This document shows positions 56,725 through 64,000 of a stretch of 64,000 nucleotides of DNA, piece by piece; position 1 is the first letter of the stretch; every line of letters starts with the position of its first letter. The translations under genes and the position numbers were made by a program. Location of the stretch: contig NC_042997.1 of assembly GCF_006345805.1 (NCBI RefSeq), positions 147,374,001 to 147,438,000 of the forward strand. Reading direction: 5' to 3'. The notes beneath the pieces were generated by a model, which searched no databases, had not been told where the DNA came from, and saw only the letters and a program-made list of their open reading frames with translations. This DNA comes from Octopus sinensis. Its lineage: Eukaryota.

Positions 56725-56757
<33 letters not shown>

Positions 56758-56806
56758 ATATAGAGGAATATATATATATATAATATATGTATATAGATAT
56801 AATATG

Positions 56807-56837
<31 letters not shown>

Positions 56838-56943
56838 GTATATATATATATGTATATATATATATATGTATATATAATATATATATAGTATATATATATA
56901 TATGTATATATATATATTATGTAATATATATATATATATGTAT

Positions 56944-56977
<34 letters not shown>

Positions 56978-56979
56978 TG

Positions 56980-57029
<50 letters not shown>

Positions 57030-57060
57030 AAATATATATATATATATATATATATATTGT
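55935..57060. repeat. (TA)n-derived minisatellite, unit about GAATATATATATAT; the same unit occurs at 52095-52530
   Basis: Read directly. Confidence 0.88.
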
Positions 57061-57074
57061 TTTTTGTAGGGCCT

Positions 57075-57229
57075 GTGTGTGTCTCCCACCACTGTGTTGA
57101 TAACCGTGCTGGTATGTTTATGGTCATGTAACTTAGCGGTTCAGTGAAAGAGTCAATAAACAAGTACCATGCATAAAGCAGAAAGAAGGTGCTTCCGACG
57201 AAAATTCTTCAAGGCGGTGCCCAGCGTGG
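57075..57229 (+). mobile_element. 3' half of octopus-type SINE
   Basis: GCTGGT.TGTTTA...GTAACTTAGCGGTTC...AAGGCGGTGCCCAGCGTGG. Confidence 0.75.
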
Positions 57230-57492
57230 TCTTCTTTTATATATATAAAAGAAGAAAATAATTCATATGTTTCTTCGAACACTGGCCTAAAAATTCAAAA
57301 ATTTAAACAAATCCAGCCGTCACTTTTGATTGATTACAGTTTCACTTACTATCTCATTTCCTTTCCACTTTCATTCGTGATTGGCTTCTTTTTTTTTTCT
57401 TTTCCTATCTTGCTACTAAACTACAAATTTTTAATAACATACAGGTGTTTTCTCACCAGTGTTACAGAAATTAAAATGATCAAATTACGTTC

Positions 57493-57494
<2 letters not shown>

Positions 57495-57523
<29 letters not shown>

Positions 57524-57969
57524 TGTATGTATGTATGTATGTATGAATTATGTATGTATGCATGCATGCATGTATGTATGTATGTATGTATGTATGTATG
57601 TATGTATGCATGCATGTATAAAAATGTGCACATTTATAAGTCTATATGTATAAATGCATCTATATATCTATCTATATATACATAGATATATATGTATGTA
57701 TACGTATATATAAATGTTTACATATGTATACATGCATATATATATGCATATATATGTGTATATATATACATATGTGTGTATATATATATATATGCGTATA
57801 TACATATTATATAACATACATAATATATATATATATATATACCTATATATACACACACCTACATACTTACAAACTTATATACGTATACATACACACCCCA
57901 AGACAAACAAAACATTCTCTCATACACGTACACAAACACACCGACACACTCACTCTCTCCCTCTCTCAT

Positions 57970-58016
<47 letters not shown>

Positions 58017-58346
58017 TTCGGAGTACAAGTATAAACATTATATTGCGCAGGCGTTAGTGTAAATATATAAAATTTTTTAACTCGTTCAGAAGTTACGTGT
58101 TGAGGAGAAAAAAAATATTAACGATTTTTTAATGAATATCATGTAATTTGTAGGTAGTAATTTTCTAATGACACAAACGAAGGTAGTGTATATATTTGTT
58201 AAAATAAACATATGCATACTCACAAAAAAGGTACTCATCGAGCTATCTATCTATCTATATATCATCTATCTATCTATCTATCTATCATCTATCTATCATT
58301 ATCTGCTATCTATCTATCTATCTATATATCTTATCTATCTATTATC

Positions 58347-58377
<31 letters not shown>

Positions 58378-58412
58378 CATCTATTCTATCTATCTTATCC
58401 ATCAATCTATAT

Positions 58413-58465
<53 letters not shown>
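57495..58465. repeat. (TATG)n, (CA)n and (TATC)n microsatellite cluster
   Basis: Read directly. Confidence 0.9.
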
Positions 58466-58815
58466 ATGTAATACGTTTCCTCTCGTCATTATCACTAGAA
58501 AATTATATGTACACACATATATGTACGAATATCTGTATGTGTGTATGAGCATGTTTGTTCATGTGTATACGAGCGTGAATGCGGTATGTGCGTGTGTGTG
58601 TCGGCGTGAGTGTTTGTGTGTGCATGGAGAATAGGGCAAGTGAGTACTTCACAGCGTACGTATTAATCCGACTAAATCTGACACACACACACACACCTTT
58701 CTGCACACATGCTCGCACATACACACACAATAAAACATACCAATGAAGCCTTTGCACTATTTGTTCTATCTTCATTTATTTAATCAAAACATTAATTATC
58801 TTGCAAATGTGCATA

Positions 58816-58879
<64 letters not shown>

Positions 58880-58938
58880 ATGTATATACACATATATATA
58901 TATATGTATATACATATATATATACATACATATATACA

Positions 58939-58970
<32 letters not shown>

Positions 58971-59005
58971 ACATACATATATATATATACATAAATATAA
59001 TATAT

Positions 59006-59049
<44 letters not shown>

Positions 59050-59352
59050 CATATACAAATATATATTTATACAATACACACACACCAATATATATATATA
59101 TATGCATATATATATATGCAATATATATATGTCTATATCAAACGAAAAGATTTACACTGGCACACAAACACGCACGCACACACACAGTCACACGTACATA
59201 CACATACTCAGACACACACACACACACCTGTATATTTAGTAATATACTATAAGTATGTATGCATATATTTATAATGTGGAGGATATGTTGTTTCAGAAAA
59301 TTATATATCTACGCAATGATGATGATAACATTAATGAATTTAGGCAGCGTCA

Positions 59353-59353
<1 letters not shown>

Positions 59354-59404
<51 letters not shown>

Positions 59405-59409
59405 TAATA

Positions 59410-59488
<79 letters not shown>

Positions 59489-59492
59489 TAAT
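59354..59492. repeat. (AAT)n microsatellite
   Basis: Read directly; gives rise to the poly-N and poly-L ORFs. Confidence 0.95.
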
Positions 59493-59841
59493 AGATAAAT
59501 TATCGATGAATAATTCAACAACGATATGTGGAAAATTATTAAAAATATACGTGCCTACTGTATATTACATATAGATGATATCGACAGCAAAAAATGTGTA
59601 ACAATATTTTTTTCAGAGGAAACAAAACAAAAAAAAAAGAAATGAAAAGAAAATATGCGTGTGTGTGTGTAATAGGTGTGTGTGAGTGCGTATGTATGGT
59701 GTGTGTTCGAGTCGGTATGTATGTATATATGTATACATTTTATTTCATATATATTCATATAATTATATATATATATATATATATATATACTTATATATAT
59801 ACACTAATATATATATATATATATTATATATATATATACAC

Positions 59842-59884
<43 letters not shown>

Positions 59885-60051
59885 TATATTTAATATGTGC
59901 GTGTTCGGGGCTGTGCGTGCGCGCTTGCGCTTGTCTATGTGCGTGTGTGCGTATGTGCATATGTACATATATACGTAAATAGATATATAAATGTATACAC
60001 ACGCAGACGCGCGCGCACACACGTATATACATGCATATATATATATATATT

Positions 60052-60084
<33 letters not shown>

Positions 60085-60254
60085 TTACCTATATGTATGT
60101 AATAAATTGGTACGTATAAAATATACACAGCTACATATACATATTTACATATATTGATGTATATCTTTCTATATATCATTATTCCTTATTGATATTCGTA
60201 TGTTATGTATATCTTGTATACAAATATATATACACATACATGTATGTAGACAGG

Positions 60255-60317
<63 letters not shown>

Positions 60318-60441
60318 TATATATAAATATATATATATATATGATATCTATATATGTATATTTATATATATATGTATATTTTTCACATACACACACATAC
60401 ATATATGTATATATATGTATATATATCTATATCTATCTATC

Positions 60442-60501
<60 letters not shown>

Positions 60502-62882
60502 CACGTACAAACATGCACTCACCGAACACACACTGGCACACTCACCTCTATCGACCAAGAGAAAAATACGAACTGATTTATATATTTTCTTTAATTTCTA
60601 TATCAATCAAATGAAGCCTACACTAGCTGGAAGATATAATTTTTATGATACTTGATAACTTTTACCTTTTATTTATTTTTATTTTTTGTATTTTTTTGTA
60701 TACACTGCCTTGCAGGACAGAAGAATTTTGGAACCAGAAATAACCTTTTCTATATAAAAATTATACATTGTTCAAATTATCGCTTCATCGCAGGTAGGTA
60801 TTATCTTGTGGTAAAGAAATTAGGTCTAGCTTATTTGATTTTTATAACTTGGTTTTTATTCCAATTTATTCTAATCTAATTTTGGATTATGTTTCCAAAC
60901 TGATCTTCTTATCTCTCTAACACTATTTTTTTTTCTGTCACTACTTCTTGCTTCGTCTTGATATTTTATATGTTTTGCACAATGCATCAAAACAGCCAAT
61001 TGTGATCAATCAAGAGGGAGTCGTTGTGAAGTTATGTGGCTTGATTTATCGATATTTAATCGAAGTATCTTAGCGACATTCAGATAAAACTTATAACTAC
61101 AACGGATGATGCAAAAGCTCTCTTGATGACTTCTGATCGAACATAATTCTATACATTAGAAGTTTTCAATTATGATGTTTCCGACTGAACAAGTTCCTGT
61201 TCCTTCGCAGTACACAAGGCTTGATTATCATCTACGATACTTCTCCTGGGTTATACAAACGATTTTGTCTTCAGCCACCATACCATACCATACATATCAA
61301 ACATTTTTTTTCTCTCACACACTTGTAATATACAGAAACAGTGAAAGAACTACTAAACAAAATCCAAGCAAAATAATATTGAAAAAAACCCCCCAAAAAA
61401 CACTAACAAAAAACCAAAAATATCATAAATGAGATGCTGGAATATAAAGAAAGTTATTTATAGATTTAATTTGTTAGATTACTGAAATTCAAATAATACC
61501 ACTGGTAATAATTAATACCCTAGAGCAATGTAGTCGATTGTATTTTGATTCAATTAGTTAACTGAGCTGAGAATAAGCACGGATGTTATAGAGATGTAGC
61601 CGATGGCTAGACTTAAATACTATATAGGTGACAGTTGTTTGCTAGTATCAACATTTTCGAAACTGATCTACCATAAAACCATACGGAAACGTATATAGGA
61701 ATGCACAAACGCAAAGTACCAGACATATCACACGAACATCACGCGCGTGCACACACACACATACACACGTATATATATATATATATATTATATATATATA
61801 TATATACATGTATGTATGTATATATATATATGTTTGTATATATATGTATGTATATATATGTATATATATATATATATTCCCACACATTTATATATACACA
61901 TATGCATGCTAATACGCGCATACACGTACACACACGTGCGCGTGCTCAAGCATCTAAACATGTGATTGTGTGTGTGTGTACATGCATATATATGAATATG
62001 TGTATAAAAGTGATGTAGTGGGAAAACTTACTAATAATATGAGAGAATACTGGAAAGGTGTTCCTGTCAAAACCTTTTTTTTAAAACCTAAGTTAAACAG
62101 TTCAGACATAATGATCTGAGACGAAAAAAGACAAAAAAAAAACAAAAAAACAGAAGAACCAAAAACGAGAGAAAACACACACAAAGGAAGTGGAGCTTAA
62201 TAGAAGAAATCAGTTGATCAACACACTCAAAAATATATTGTTGAAAATAAAAGAAAAAGATAGAATCAACGCTAAACAAATAATAAATCCGTGGATTTAT
62301 TATTACTGAATTTCGTTATTTAACTAACAGCTCACAAACGGAGCCCTCACAAAATCAGCAATGATATGACGTATAAGAAAATTACAACTAAAAGCTACTA
62401 ATAGCATTCTAAAAATATGAAAAAAATATTCAAGAATTTTACCATAAATATGTAAAAATATATATATGTATAGATATAGAAGCGTATGTATGTATATAGA
62501 TCAACGATAAGGCAAATTATTGAAGGGAGAGAAATGAACCGCATTACGGTTGAACAATTCGGCACTGAGAAAAGCTGCGTTAATTGGTATATAAGGAAAT
62601 GTAAATGGTAATTAATGAGAGAAAAGGGAGGAGGGGAAAAGAAGATAAGAGAGGAGGAAGCCGTAACAAGCATTTGTGAATGAAGCTACATTAACTCAAA
62701 TTTTTAGTGGGGAGATAACCCTATATTTAATGGCATTTTTTTAATGGGGGTGGGTTAATCAAAAAGTACACTGAATTCTATAGAAAATCTATAGAATCAA
62801 ATGGAGGGTAAAAGTGAAATATAAAGCAAAAGAAATACATAGAGAGTCTTAGAAAAGTCGAAGAGGAAGGAGCAAATATATC

Positions 62883-63050
62883 AGGCGCAGGCATGGCTGT
62901 GTGATTAAGAAGCTCGCTTGGTAAATACGTGGTTTTGGGGTTCAATACCACTGCGCGACATGTTGGGAGGCTGTTTCCTACTATAACCCCAGGCCGACAA
63001 CTGCCTTGTGAGTGAGTGTGGCAGGTGGAGTCCGTATGGTCGCCCGTCGT
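62883..63050 (+). mobile_element. 5' half of octopus-type SINE
   Basis: AGGCGCAGGCATGGCTGTGTG...GGGTTCAATACCACTGCG...GCCTTGTGAGTG. Confidence 0.8.
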
Positions 63051-64000
63051 GTTTGCGTGTCTGTGTGTCTGTGTGTATGTGTGTGTGTGTGTGTGTGCGT
63101 GTGTGTGTGTGTGTGCGTGCGCGTGCGTGGGTGTGTATCTTTGTGTGTGTGATTGTCTTCTCTTACTGTTCATCTTTCGTTCTATATTTCGTTCATACAT
63201 GCACATTTGAAAATATTAATTTATCTGTAATTAACCCCATAGTGTTACACCGCTAAAGTTAATGGGTATTTAAGCAGTGCATTCTGAATAATTTATGGTT
63301 TAGGTGTTATGCTGAAGAAGAAGCAAAACTTGTGAAATATACATATACAACTATTCCCTATTTTTTCTGTTTTCGATCTCATTGTTTACATAGCCATATT
63401 CGTATATGAAACGACGTAAGTGACAGTTCTAACTCTGATTTCGGTACCATTTGTTTATCACACCCCAATTAAAAAATTGAGTTATCTCCACCAACTGAAA
63501 AAATTGCTTAACTATCAATTAAACAACAAAAAAAATGAAAAATTAATAAACATGGAAAGTGAAAAGATTAAACATCTTATTGAATCTAATAACATTTTCA
63601 TAACAAATCATACCATACATATTGAGTAGGCGAAAAGTCAACGATATTTTGAAGTATTGAATTAAAAGGATCTAACCCTTTTAATCCTATCTCTTGTCGC
63701 TACATTAACTCAACTTTTTAGTGTGGGCATAAACCAAATTTTTATGACATTTTTTAAATGGGGTGAGATAACCAAAAAGAACCCTGAATTTTATAGAAAA
63801 ATCTATAGTTTATCATTTAAAAATTTAAGAATAATATTCTGAGCGACATTTTTTAGAAAATGATAATTCCTTCGTCTTGAAGTCTATATTGTTAACTTAA
63901 TAACATTCACATATACACACATCCGTGAGCGTCAGCGTGGGCACACCTACTCACGCACACGTACGTGCATGCACACGTACATGCACGCACATGCATGCAT

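Noticed and set aside
59259-59521. Poly-Asn and poly-Leu ORFs
   Set aside because: (AAT)n microsatellite
60640-61430. Unique-looking sequence tested for further lectin/PAN exons
   Set aside because: All frames tried are interrupted by stops and no motif was found

Overview
AT-rich eukaryotic genomic DNA, dense in microsatellites and transposon relics. The SINE type and repeat content suggest an octopus or other cephalopod (inference). One host gene is supported: a 3-exon minus-strand gene (exons 20379-20736, 9909-10088, 6600-6841; two phase-1 GT-AG introns). It encodes a predicted 259-aa secreted protein with signal peptide + PAN/Apple domain + long-form C-type lectin domain, in which NPS replaces EPN/QPD. 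The rest is mobile DNA: a 5'-truncated R4/Dong-like RLE retrotransposon between (TAA)n tracts, an older RLE element, three clustered Tx1/L1-like pieces in intron 1 plus an ORF2 relic, three Penelope-like relics and a pLTR-like piece with a minimal hammerhead fold, two mariner relics, a Chapaev3-like relic, several MITEs and Helitron-like pieces, and tRNA-type SINEs. At 42-56 kb there is a pile-up of CR1/Jockey-group LINEs embedded in (TA)n-derived minisatellites. The long YI/IY-rich ORFs are microsatellite artefacts. No rRNA, tRNA or CRISPR array is supported. All family names come from motif recognition by eye, not from database searches.
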